Below, one piece after another: positions 32,531 through 41,995 of a stretch of 64,000 bases of DNA. The translations under genes were made by a program, and so were the position numbers. A model generated the notes under the pieces. The model had not been told where the DNA came from and ran no database searches. It saw only the letters and a list, made by a program, of their open reading frames with translations. Location of the stretch: IMG/VR virus record IMGVR_UViG_3300029258_005404. One strand, given 5' to 3'. This DNA comes from a virus. The stretch's first letter is position 1, and every line of letters begins with the position of its first letter.

Positions 32531-33229
32531 TCACCGATAGGATTTAATTTTTTCTGATAATCGTTTTTTAGCCCTATGCACCCACATTTCATTTTGATTA
32601 AGTTTTTGTGCTATTTCTTTATTATTCAATATTGGTTTACCACCAAAGCCGAATGTATGTTCGAATATAACCTTATCAGGACCAGACAGCTCATGGTACA
32701 TATAATCCGCCAATGCCTTGTCAGGGTGCTCTGTAGTAACAATGTTGCCATAATAATCAAATGACGCCTTTGACGCTGTTGCCTCACCACCAAGCTCATG
32801 CTCCATACGAGCAACTTCTTTTCTACTCCATCCAATTTCATCTGCCATTTCAGATGTACTTGGCTCCCTCCCAAGGCGATCCTCAAGATTGTCGCGTACA
32901 ATAGTAAATGTTGATCTCTTAAGAGCGCGATTCTCAGGAATATGCCCGGACTGAAGTGACTCAGATGCTACGCGCTGAACTTTCTTCAGATTGTTCCATA
33001 CATGTGTAGTGGGTTGGGTACCCATATTAGGATTGTAACTCTTAAAGGATTTTATTAATTGAGTAGTTGCCTCGGCGCGCAATGTTGCAGGAGGAACACC
33101 AACAGTTCTGTATTGGTTAACAACTTTATTAACAACCGGCTGATAACGAACAATCAAATCAGCAAATAGTTGCGGATCTTTTGTCTTTTGCCATTGCAAT
33201 ATATTTTCTTGATCAGTTGGCATAATCAC
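32531..33229 (-). CDS. RNA polymerase sigma factor (sigma70 family, FliA/WhiG-like regions 2-4)
   Basis: LIVRYQPVV...LIKSFKSYNPNMG (region 2), LGREPSTSEMADEIG (region 3), ILNNKEIAQKL...VHRAKKR (region 4 HTH). Confidence 0.85.
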   Translation of the reverse strand: MIMPTDQENILQWQKTKDPQLFADLIVRYQPVVNKVVNQYRTVGVPPATLRAEATTQLIKSFKSYNPNMGTQPTTHVWNNLKKVQRVASESLQSGHIPENRALKRSTFTIVRDNLEDRLGREPSTSEMADEIGWSRKEVARMEHELGGEATASKASFDYYGNIVTTEHPDKALADYMYHELSGPDKVIFEHTFGFGGKPILNNKEIAQKLNQNEMWVHRAKKRLSEKIKSYR

Positions 33230-33243
33230 CTTTAATTAACTGT

Positions 33244-33693
33244 TTACATATTATTTACAGCATTTTGTATACTTTTGATAAGTGACTGGTCAATTGAGCT
33301 TATCATCTCTTTTTTTACGGCTTTTTGCCTAGCTAAATTAGACATTATTTTTTTTGTTATCCACTCTGCAGGCACATCTTTTTTAAGAACATACGAACGT
33401 TTCATGTGTTTGGGTAAGCTCGCCCCAATCATCAACGCCGCTTTGTTCGCAGGATCAGTTTCTAAATATTCTTTTCTTAGATGTTTTGGTATATTAATTT
33501 TTAGCATTGCACCTTTCTTCCCATATTGCGATGCATACGCTGTTCCAACATGCGTTCTCCTTGCTATATAACTTCCAGCTTTTAAACCTTCTTTCATTTT
33601 CTTTGCAATACTTTTAAGAGTGTGTCCGTGATAATAAGCTGCTTTTTTTTCAATATTATTACCAAACTGTTTTAATATTTCAGGTGTTATCAT
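33244..33693 (-). CDS. Putative ADP-ribosyltransferase-fold protein with N-terminal FGNNIEKKA motif
   Basis: YYHGHT...KEGLK...SYIA...AYA...MLKINIP follows the YHG/GL/Y pattern of Tpt1/KptA- and PARP-like folds. Confidence 0.45.
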   Translation of the reverse strand: MITPEILKQFGNNIEKKAAYYHGHTLKSIAKKMKEGLKAGSYIARRTHVGTAYASQYGKKGAMLKINIPKHLRKEYLETDPANKAALMIGASLPKHMKRSYVLKKDVPAEWITKKIMSNLARQKAVKKEMISSIDQSLIKSIQNAVNNM

Positions 33694-33708
33694 TTATCAC
33701 CTCCTAAA

Positions 33709-33885
33709 TTAAGCTGTAGTTGGAACTTTCTCAGGTTTTTTTACTTTTCCTGGCATTTTAGTTTTAATTTTTTTCGGCATTTTCATAACATTATCAGCAC
33801 CGGTGTTAATCTCTGATATTGATTCAGCAATTTTTTGAAAATTAATATTATTTCCAAACGATTGTAATACTTCTGAAATTATCAT
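33709..33885 (-). CDS. 58-aa protein of the same N-terminal motif family
   Basis: Translated by hand: MIISEVLQSFGNNINFQKIAESISEINTGADNVMKMPKKIKTKMPGKVKKPEKVPTTA; GAGG RBS; below the ORF-track cutoff. Confidence 0.7.
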   Translation of the reverse strand: MIISEVLQSFGNNINFQKIAESISEINTGADNVMKMPKKIKTKMPGKVKKPEKVPTTA

Positions 33886-33895
33886 TTAAACCTCA

Positions 33896-34660
33896 CTATT
33901 TCTTAATTTTCTTTACTACTTTAAGTATTTTTTTTGCCGTATCCTCGGCGATGTCAATATTAGATAATGCGAGGACTGGAACACCAATACCGATGCCTAT
34001 ATTACGAGCAATTCTATCAGCATCATCTTGTGTTTTATATGTAGCTAATGCAATATCTTTTATAACTTTTTCGCCTTTACCTTTTGCATATGGTGATTTT
34101 TCCCATGCTCTTACTTCTTCTTTATATTCAGGCTCAATGGTTGATCTATAAAGTTTTTCCCAGAATCCAAGCCCCTGTTTTTCTTTAAAAGATTCATGAT
34201 GACCAAGCTCATGGCCAAGAACATACCGATTTATTTTTTTAGGAAGAACAACAACCGGACTTACTTTGCTTGGTGAATATACAGCATTATCTTCAACTGG
34301 TACGGTTAATCCTACAATAAACCTTCTAATAGGATTCATATTTTTGACAGCTTTTAACTGCTTCTCTGTTGAGACAACTGATATTTCAGGGTATTTTACA
34401 GCAATTTCTTCTCTTAACTTTTTCGCGCTCTGAGGATCTTTTTGAAATTCTTTTTTTGCTTCTGGGAATATTCTTTTTCTTTTTGCCTCAGCAATATCAT
34501 CAGTGATATTACTTGCATGTGCAGCAGCACCAAGGCCAATAATAGCAGCTAGAACAATTCTAGTGGCAATACTTCTTCCACCTTTTATAAATGGATTTGT
34601 AGATAAAGCTCTTTTCTCAATCTCATCACCGAATGATTGTAAAACTTCAGATGTTAACAT
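33896..34660 (-). CDS. Putative zinc metallopeptidase with N-terminal FGDEIEKRA motif
   Basis: HELGH (HExxH) followed downstream by EEVRAW. Confidence 0.6.
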   Translation of the reverse strand: MLTSEVLQSFGDEIEKRALSTNPFIKGGRSIATRIVLAAIIGLGAAAHASNITDDIAEAKRKRIFPEAKKEFQKDPQSAKKLREEIAVKYPEISVVSTEKQLKAVKNMNPIRRFIVGLTVPVEDNAVYSPSKVSPVVVLPKKINRYVLGHELGHHESFKEKQGLGFWEKLYRSTIEPEYKEEVRAWEKSPYAKGKGEKVIKDIALATYKTQDDADRIARNIGIGIGVPVLALSNIDIAEDTAKKILKVVKKIKK

Positions 34661-34671
34661 TTTTTTTTCTT

Positions 34672-37641
34672 CTAATAAACAGGTGTATATTGAGTTCCAC
34701 TTACTCTTTGTAGAACTTTAGATGCATATATCTCAACAGCATTTCGACGCTCTTGAATAAAAGCGGTAATCGGCGTGTGTTCACGAATACTGCTAAACTG
34801 ACCGGCTTCATACATTGTGCCGCCATTTTCCTCTTTCAAACCATCAATTTTTCCACTATTCCAATCAATAGTAGTTACACCATAATATCTATCATGAATA
34901 TCATGGTCATTAAAAAGTATATCAATACCGAGTGACTCCCCCAGCGCAACATGATTCACATATTCATTAACACGATTGCCCTGGCTATCATTCACTTTAT
35001 CTTTAACCGAAAGGCCGAGAATTCCTTGATAAAAGGCGTCTGCAGAACAAACATTTCTTTTTACATATTCAATACATGCAGAATAATTTTGAAGCAATTC
35101 GGGATTTGACCAGGAAAGCGCATTAAGAGCCTCATGGATTGTATTAAATATAAAATGTATTCGTTTTTTCTTATTTTTAGGATCCGAAGCCGTTCCTATC
35201 ATGAAATGGCGCTTGTTATGGCGAAATACGTCACGATAGAATTTTGCTATTCGTGTTGGTTCATATTCCTGATCAATATATATCTGATTACGCTCCCCAT
35301 TAGCAACATCCTGTGCAGTAAGACTCAAAAGATCTTTTGCATATACATATTCACTACCTGGATTAATTGCATCGAGATCATAATAATCTGAATTTAAAAT
35401 GCGTTTTACAGGAGCCTGTGGGTCAGGAACATGATAACTTAGATTTTTATATTCTAATGTGTCCGGATCAATTTCAGCTTCAACAGGCACAGTTGCTTTC
35501 ATATAAAGAGGGCTGCCATATTCGTTCATATCGGTAGGTTCATCTTCGAATCGAGCGTTATTCATAACAACTGATGTATTTGCTTCACCAGACTGTGGTG
35601 TGATATATATTGTGTGCTTTACCTGCTGAACCATTCCAATAATACTCTTCATAGACTCTCCACCATACCCCATATCATCAGCTACTACAACACCTGGAAA
35701 ACCGCACATTATATACGGATTAAAAGCCATATCAATAGTTACAACGCGCCCAGCATATTTTCTATTCAAAAATTTAAGAAGAGCATGGTGTTTCAGTGCG
35801 TTTTTCGTTTTTTCAGTAATCTTTCTATGTCCTTTGAGTTTATTTCTTGCAGCCCGCTTTTCTTCAATTTTCTTTTTTGCAATTTTTAATTTATTTGTTA
35901 CATTCTTTAATCCGGATGTATTAGGTGGCAGTGTTCCCTTTTCTTTTAAAGCACCAAGAGCATTATCTCTTTCAGTTTCAAGTTTTGCTATTTCCTGATC
36001 AATTCTGTCACGAGCCTTTTTATTTGCATTTCTATCCTTCACTACATTAATAGCGTCATTCATTGCAAGCTCATGAGAGACACTTCCAAATACAACATTG
36101 ACCCCTTTATATCTTTCTTCGAGAGTAAGTGGCGGTTTTGTTCTACCATATCGATCTGTTCCTTTTGATTTTGTTGATTTAATATTTGCTGCGGCTTTTT
36201 TTGCATTATCTTCTTGAATGTTAAGTTTTTTTGCAGCATCTATTTGATTATTAAGATTATCTGTACCATCAACAGTTCCATTTGATTTAGTAGTGTCTTT
36301 CTTTTTTTTCTGGTCGGTCATTAAATTGAATAATGCATTTGGAACCTGTACACTTGGTGAGGCAAGCGCATCACCTCCAGGGGTTGAAAGAAGATGAACT
36401 TGATCAAAATAACCACGAGTAACATCTGCATCAATATCATATTGCCATTCAACGCGGTCATACATAGGTGGAAACATCATATTACAATTTGGAGGAGCTG
36501 TAAATTCAAGTGGTGGAAGCAGCATCGATTCATTAAGTATATATTTTCCACCAAATTCAGCTGAAGCCCTGTCAATCAAAAATTTTCTCACACCTGAATC
36601 AATCACATAATTCACTGCGTTATGAGGGGTTCCATCAGCCTTATTTCCAATAGGTATTAAAGAAGGCGTGCTGCATGAATATACCCGAGTGGAAAAAGCC
36701 CCTGCTAAACGCATTATTGCAGCCTCTAAACTAGAAAATCTTGAATTTCCCATCAGATGTGAGCCAATGTGAACACTCCCTCTTTGTCTACTCCAGAAAT
36801 TATATCCTGATTTATTAACCGGGATAAGGAACCGTTTATCAACACGAATACGTTTATTGAGAAACGTTCCTACGGCTGTTCCACCAACAGCCTCCAACCA
36901 CATACCGCGTATTATTGCATCAAGATAAAATCCACAATTTGCAACACCATTATCTGATGGTGTCGCACTGGCAAATTCTGCTGAGTAGGCATCCTGTCCA
37001 TTCTGCTGGGTTTTATTCGCATTATTATCAGCATTTATTTTATCAATCTGTTCATCAAGAGTGCCTGTATTCTCTACAGGAGTTGTTTGCTGTTTAGTAT
37101 TTTTTATTTTATTCGATCTCCTGCTATATCCGGCGCTCCCAGCAATAAGTCCAAGAGTATAACTAAGTGGCGCAAGGCCGGTCTTATCATACACTCTTAT
37201 ATCAGTTCCTTGTCTCTGCGTTTTACCTGGTATAACAAATGTCTGAAATATCCCCATCGAATTATAGAAATTGCGTGTTGTAAGTTTGTCAGCACCTTCC
37301 CATGCCAAAGCCGCCGGAGCGCGCCGTATGTCCATACGAAAATCACGGCAAACCAAACCTATACCTCTCCCTTCAGTAGCCTGGTCAGTTTTATAGAAAC
37401 TTGAAAAAAAGCCGTCAAACATAAGTTGCCATTTCGGCTTCTCTTTACCTACAACCCATTCACGATAGAATATTTGCACAGCAGTCTTCGGTTTTAAATC
37501 GAGCAGCTCCTTATTAGAATAAACATTGATGTTCGCCTCCTGTCCATTCGGTGTACATACAATAGTAGCACCTTTGAAAGGAACAGCAACACCTTCCAGA
37601 AAGAGTTTGAATGAATAATTAAAACCTTTTTTCTCAGCCAT
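34672..37641 (-). CDS. Baseplate hub-like (gp27/gpD-like) protein
   Basis: 989 aa; KLFLEGVAVPF...ANINV...LMFDGF start and late FNPYIMCGFPGVVV strand; position downstream of the tape measure-like gene. Confidence 0.55.
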   Translation of the reverse strand: MAEKKGFNYSFKLFLEGVAVPFKGATIVCTPNGQEANINVYSNKELLDLKPKTAVQIFYREWVVGKEKPKWQLMFDGFFSSFYKTDQATEGRGIGLVCRDFRMDIRRAPAALAWEGADKLTTRNFYNSMGIFQTFVIPGKTQRQGTDIRVYDKTGLAPLSYTLGLIAGSAGYSRRSNKIKNTKQQTTPVENTGTLDEQIDKINADNNANKTQQNGQDAYSAEFASATPSDNGVANCGFYLDAIIRGMWLEAVGGTAVGTFLNKRIRVDKRFLIPVNKSGYNFWSRQRGSVHIGSHLMGNSRFSSLEAAIMRLAGAFSTRVYSCSTPSLIPIGNKADGTPHNAVNYVIDSGVRKFLIDRASAEFGGKYILNESMLLPPLEFTAPPNCNMMFPPMYDRVEWQYDIDADVTRGYFDQVHLLSTPGGDALASPSVQVPNALFNLMTDQKKKKDTTKSNGTVDGTDNLNNQIDAAKKLNIQEDNAKKAAANIKSTKSKGTDRYGRTKPPLTLEERYKGVNVVFGSVSHELAMNDAINVVKDRNANKKARDRIDQEIAKLETERDNALGALKEKGTLPPNTSGLKNVTNKLKIAKKKIEEKRAARNKLKGHRKITEKTKNALKHHALLKFLNRKYAGRVVTIDMAFNPYIMCGFPGVVVADDMGYGGESMKSIIGMVQQVKHTIYITPQSGEANTSVVMNNARFEDEPTDMNEYGSPLYMKATVPVEAEIDPDTLEYKNLSYHVPDPQAPVKRILNSDYYDLDAINPGSEYVYAKDLLSLTAQDVANGERNQIYIDQEYEPTRIAKFYRDVFRHNKRHFMIGTASDPKNKKKRIHFIFNTIHEALNALSWSNPELLQNYSACIEYVKRNVCSADAFYQGILGLSVKDKVNDSQGNRVNEYVNHVALGESLGIDILFNDHDIHDRYYGVTTIDWNSGKIDGLKEENGGTMYEAGQFSSIREHTPITAFIQERRNAVEIYASKVLQRVSGTQYTPVY

Positions 37642-37642
37642 A

Positions 37643-38506
37643 TTATACGTTTTCTAATGGATTTCCTGTAGAATCAGATTCAACTATAAACCCATCAGGT
37701 ATAGTCTCATCGAGTGCCGCTGTTTCAATTGAGCCGGCAAGAAATTCTCCGGACAGCCTCGCAGCATTTCTCATACCATTAAATTCGTCAACCTGTATAT
37801 ATCTACCAAGATTAGTAGAATAAATTGGCATAAGATTAATTCTTGCCCATGCTGACTTCCTGACCAAAACTGAAAATGTAAATGATTTACTTTGTTCCAT
37901 ATCACCGGTTGCGGTAGTTGAAATGCTAAGCATATATCCATCAATAATTCTGCCATCATATATCATTTTCATTTGCATATTATTTTCGACAGCGCGTCTT
38001 CCACGTAAATATTTCTCGTATGCAAGCATAAATTCCTGATAGTATGGATATTCTCTTGTATCGAGAAAGATTCCTGAGAAATTATAGATAGATGGCTTTT
38101 CACCAAAGAAAAATGCATTCCATCCATTTGAAAAGTTTTGATGAAGTTTGACAATCTCACCATGTGCTTCTTGCACATTAATAAGTGAGAAATTGTTAAA
38201 TACACCATAATAATTATTTGGCGCCTTACCATCAAGTGAAAGAAGTGCAATTTTTCCACCAGGAATTGATGGCGGTGAAGACACATCGCCACTTACCGAT
38301 TCAGCTTCGAGCTCTGTTATACTCATTGATAAATCAGTAAGATAATCATTGGTCTTGAGCGCATCATCTGAAACAAAACCCTGAGAGGTGGTATAAAGAA
38401 TAATAGTTGCAACTGTTCCTTCATGCTCAGTTGTACCAACCGTATATGGCCTCACTTTACTATCGGTTGGTGATGCTAGAAACTCATTTGGTAAGCGTGG
38501 TGGCAT
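37643..38506 (-). CDS. Tail tube initiator-like baseplate protein
   Basis: FSLINVQEA...FFGEKPSIYNFSGIFLDT...YLRG...MIYDGRIIDGY tube-fold pattern; lies between the tape measure-like and hub-like genes. Confidence 0.5.
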   Translation of the reverse strand: MPPRLPNEFLASPTDSKVRPYTVGTTEHEGTVATIILYTTSQGFVSDDALKTNDYLTDLSMSITELEAESVSGDVSSPPSIPGGKIALLSLDGKAPNNYYGVFNNFSLINVQEAHGEIVKLHQNFSNGWNAFFFGEKPSIYNFSGIFLDTREYPYYQEFMLAYEKYLRGRRAVENNMQMKMIYDGRIIDGYMLSISTTATGDMEQSKSFTFSVLVRKSAWARINLMPIYSTNLGRYIQVDEFNGMRNAARLSGEFLAGSIETAALDETIPDGFIVESDSTGNPLENV

Positions 38507-38519
38507 AATATTACCTCTT

Positions 38520-41500
38520 TTACAAAGTCCACTTATTGTTCCAATAATTTAATATTGGAGGTTGCACACTGGTATATGATGTTCTATCTCGAGAAGTAGT
38601 GGGATATTCAACTCTCGTCTCTAAATCTTTCAATTTGAATTCAGCTTCAGTTAAACCCTTTGCGATATCAGCAGCCCTGTACTCTTTCTTTCCTTCTTTA
38701 ATAAACCCATCATTAGTTTGCCTCAGCTGCGCCTCTCTTACTCTCCATTGCTTCAATTCCTCCCTCGCACCGGCTAAAGAATCTTCACCCCGTTTTGCCC
38801 AGACACCACTAACACCTTCTATCCAACCTGGCAATTCTCCAGATTCTATTTTTGCTTTAACAACATCAGGAGTCGTTTCGGTATAAGCAGATAACATGCT
38901 AAGCATTTCGCCACCACCACGCAATGGAGAAGTTGCTCTCTTTATCTGCGCCTTCGATAAATCACCAGCTACAAGCTGTGTTAAAAATTGTTTTTGTTTG
39001 TCCGTAACTTCGTAACCAAGCCGTTGTTCCAGAGTATCTATCATTCGATAAGCGCGGCCATCTCTTATTTTCAAAGCTTCAGCTTCCTGCTCCTGATTAC
39101 GCTTGGTTCTCCATTCTTTAATTCTATCTTGCCACGTTCCTTCACCTTCTGTATTGAAATATGAAGTTACATTATGAGCAGGATTGTCAGTAAATATCGG
39201 AAGTATTCCTGCCATCTTTTTCTTAGCCGCCTCCCCGGGAGTCACACGGAGACGCTCGATTTCCTCAATTACTTCAAGCTGACGTTCTGGGGTATCCATT
39301 CGAAATCCAGGACCAAGAAATTTACGAAGAATAGCCTTTCTTTTTTTTGTTTCAGCTGTCTCCCTCATCTCACCGGTTTCACTACGAATACCTTTACGGG
39401 TAGTATAACCCATTTCCATCTTAAAACCAAGAGCACTATAACCAGCTTCACGCCTTGCTTTTCTGTAAGGCTCCATATCAACCTGCAGTTGATTAAATGT
39501 CGGGCCAACCAGCTCAGACCTCTCTCGCTCAACTTCTGCTTTTGCTCGCTTCGCTACCAAATCACCAGCAGTTCCAGCAGGAATTCCCTGTATCTTTCTT
39601 CCGCCAATATTAAACTGCATTTGTGCATCGCCAGTTGCTCTGTATATCTGTTTTGCATTAAGCAGCATATCGTTTATACGCTTTCGAGATTCTATCGGCA
39701 ATCTTGCAGAAATCCTATCCCATTCTGTTGTAGAATCTTCATACTGCTTACTAACGCTACGCCTATATTGATTCATAGTTGATAAAAGCGCATTTATAGT
39801 ACCAATCGGTTGAGATTTCAATTGGCCATATAACTCCGAACCTGGAGCTGCTCCAAGTACACGGGTGATTTTGTCATTTTTATAAATATCACCTGCAGTT
39901 CCCGAATATAATGCGGTACCAAGTTGCTGATATGCATATGCAACCTCAGTCGGGTCTTTTGTTCGCATTAATGTTCCAAAATCAACACCAACCTTAACCT
40001 GTTTTACGTTTCTCAATCTCTGTACGGCGCCTGGAGACATCTGCGCTAGCCTATCTATCCCAGCCTGACTCGCACTTATTCCAACAGAATACATATTCCT
40101 TACAGCAGTTGCAGGATCCGCATACGTTGCACGGTTTACGCCGCCATACTCGTCATATATACCGGTCACCTGCAATGCCTTCTCCATCATTCCACTGGCG
40201 CCTTTCTTAATATCTAACAACATATTTCCCATACCGGTCATTGCCCTACCTGACTGGTATACAACATCCTCGCCAAATCTGTTAAAAAATCCACCAACAG
40301 CTGCATTTGCCCCTGCAATAGAACTTCCAATAGGCCCAAGTGGTCTCTGAATTTGCGATTGATTTAATGTTGCCCGAGCAGCTTGCATACCGGCAAATTG
40401 TTCACCAAGACCTTTTGGCCTCAATAGTGACTCATACATTAAACGCTGCTCACGCTGATTATTTGTGAACTGTCCAGCAAATACCCATGCCTTAGCGTTT
40501 ACATCTCCATACCTGCCACTCCCCCACGCCTGGAACACTCTATTAACCATTTGAGTGCGGCCGACATCTGACATCTGATTGAGCATATCTTCTTTATACC
40601 GCTCAAACTGTACACGCCCCGATATTCCCATGGCATATCCACGCTGACTCGCACCAACAACCATTTCATATGCACCGACTTTACCGGACATGAGACGATT
40701 CATTCTATCTTCATCTACAGTACCATCTGGCCTCATTGCATAAGCAACTGCCTTTGTGCCCATACCTGAAGAAAGAACATTCATCTGGGCCCGGGCAATT
40801 GCACCTCCGGCGGCAGCGACACCACCTGCTCTCTGTACTGCATATGCTCCTGCTGGATCAGAACGCGCAATAAATGATGCTTGTGCAGCACCAGTCTGGT
40901 ACATTGATGCTCCGACATTAGCAGCCCATGGTGTTCCCTGAACAGCTCTGGCACCTGCTGCTCCTATCTGCATCATGTTCTGCGCCCCGAGGCCGGTTAT
41001 TCCACCGAAAGCTTTTGCCTGGCGAATCTGATGCCTTACCTGTCGCATACCACCAAAACCGGTTTGCTGAAGCTCTTTAATAACAGACATTCCGCCTTCA
41101 ATAGTGGTCTGCATCAGCTTAACCACTTCTTCAGTAGTTTCCCGCAATTCTTCAAAATTACGCTCATACTGACGAAGTGTTCCTGACGCTCGGCCACCCC
41201 TGGCAGATATCATATTATTTGACAGGGCTATTTTATGTATCTTCGATTGCTGTTCAGTATTAAAAAATCCACCCTGATACATATTCCTCTGCATTCGGCC
41301 GGCAAGGTTCGTTGCCTGATTATATGACAATCCACCTCTGAATCCAAGTTGGTCACGATATTGCTCAATATCGGCGGCCATTGAATGCATAAATTGCTGC
41401 CTCTGCATAGCGTTATTAATTCCACGCATTGGCATATATAACGCCGCCGCACCCAATGCTGCAGGAAATGCAATTCCGCCAAGCATTCCCATACCGGCCA

Positions 41501-41849
41501 TGCCTGCTATTCCGGCTCCGGCCTCCCAGGCACCAATATCCATTGCTGTTTTAGCAATAGCAGTACCAACCCCCATCCTTCGTAATTCTGCCTGTCTTTG
41601 ATAATGTCGCGGATCCTGACCGCCGGGAACGCCATATTGGAATCGCGGGTCCATTGCAACATGGCGCTGCATAGCGAGCGTCATTGATGTAGGTTGAACA
41701 GTTCCCTGTTGGTATTGTGAAATCATTTGTTGACGAATCATATCATTATATCTGATACGATTGTCGAATGCGGCAAACGGGTCTATATGACCCGGGCGGG
41801 CATAATTGACAGGCCCGTATCCGAATTCAGGAGGAGGCATGTATCGCAC
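38520..41849 (-). CDS. Tape measure-like protein
   Basis: 1109 aa, Gly/Ala/Gln/Met-rich helical sequence with a hydrophobic GA-rich segment; visibly higher GC than its flanks; upstream of initiator and hub genes. Confidence 0.6.
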   Translation of the reverse strand: MRYMPPPEFGYGPVNYARPGHIDPFAAFDNRIRYNDMIRQQMISQYQQGTVQPTSMTLAMQRHVAMDPRFQYGVPGGQDPRHYQRQAELRRMGVGTAIAKTAMDIGAWEAGAGIAGMAGMGMLGGIAFPAALGAAALYMPMRGINNAMQRQQFMHSMAADIEQYRDQLGFRGGLSYNQATNLAGRMQRNMYQGGFFNTEQQSKIHKIALSNNMISARGGRASGTLRQYERNFEELRETTEEVVKLMQTTIEGGMSVIKELQQTGFGGMRQVRHQIRQAKAFGGITGLGAQNMMQIGAAGARAVQGTPWAANVGASMYQTGAAQASFIARSDPAGAYAVQRAGGVAAAGGAIARAQMNVLSSGMGTKAVAYAMRPDGTVDEDRMNRLMSGKVGAYEMVVGASQRGYAMGISGRVQFERYKEDMLNQMSDVGRTQMVNRVFQAWGSGRYGDVNAKAWVFAGQFTNNQREQRLMYESLLRPKGLGEQFAGMQAARATLNQSQIQRPLGPIGSSIAGANAAVGGFFNRFGEDVVYQSGRAMTGMGNMLLDIKKGASGMMEKALQVTGIYDEYGGVNRATYADPATAVRNMYSVGISASQAGIDRLAQMSPGAVQRLRNVKQVKVGVDFGTLMRTKDPTEVAYAYQQLGTALYSGTAGDIYKNDKITRVLGAAPGSELYGQLKSQPIGTINALLSTMNQYRRSVSKQYEDSTTEWDRISARLPIESRKRINDMLLNAKQIYRATGDAQMQFNIGGRKIQGIPAGTAGDLVAKRAKAEVERERSELVGPTFNQLQVDMEPYRKARREAGYSALGFKMEMGYTTRKGIRSETGEMRETAETKKRKAILRKFLGPGFRMDTPERQLEVIEEIERLRVTPGEAAKKKMAGILPIFTDNPAHNVTSYFNTEGEGTWQDRIKEWRTKRNQEQEAEALKIRDGRAYRMIDTLEQRLGYEVTDKQKQFLTQLVAGDLSKAQIKRATSPLRGGGEMLSMLSAYTETTPDVVKAKIESGELPGWIEGVSGVWAKRGEDSLAGAREELKQWRVREAQLRQTNDGFIKEGKKEYRAADIAKGLTEAEFKLKDLETRVEYPTTSRDRTSYTSVQPPILNYWNNKWTL

Positions 41850-41870
41850 CTCAATTTCTAAAGTGGAATA

Positions 41871-41990
41871 CTGTTATAATTACAATATAACTTAAAAACA
41901 CCATTCTTTCAATCGGCATATAGTTATAATATGGAATTATATGGTATAATTATTATAAATTAAGTGGTAATTATTACTTTCAAAAGGAGG
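41871..41990 (+). promoter_or_regulatory. Divergent promoter region with three TATAAT boxes and AAGGAGG RBS
   Basis: TATAAT at 41875, 41925 and 41945 (the last preceded by TGG). Confidence 0.5.
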
Positions 41991-41995
41991 ATTTT

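Noticed and set aside
527-41482. Numerous 60-200-aa ORFs antisense to or nested in the large structural genes
   Set aside because: No RBS, biased composition and complete overlap with well-supported genes indicate shadow ORFs.
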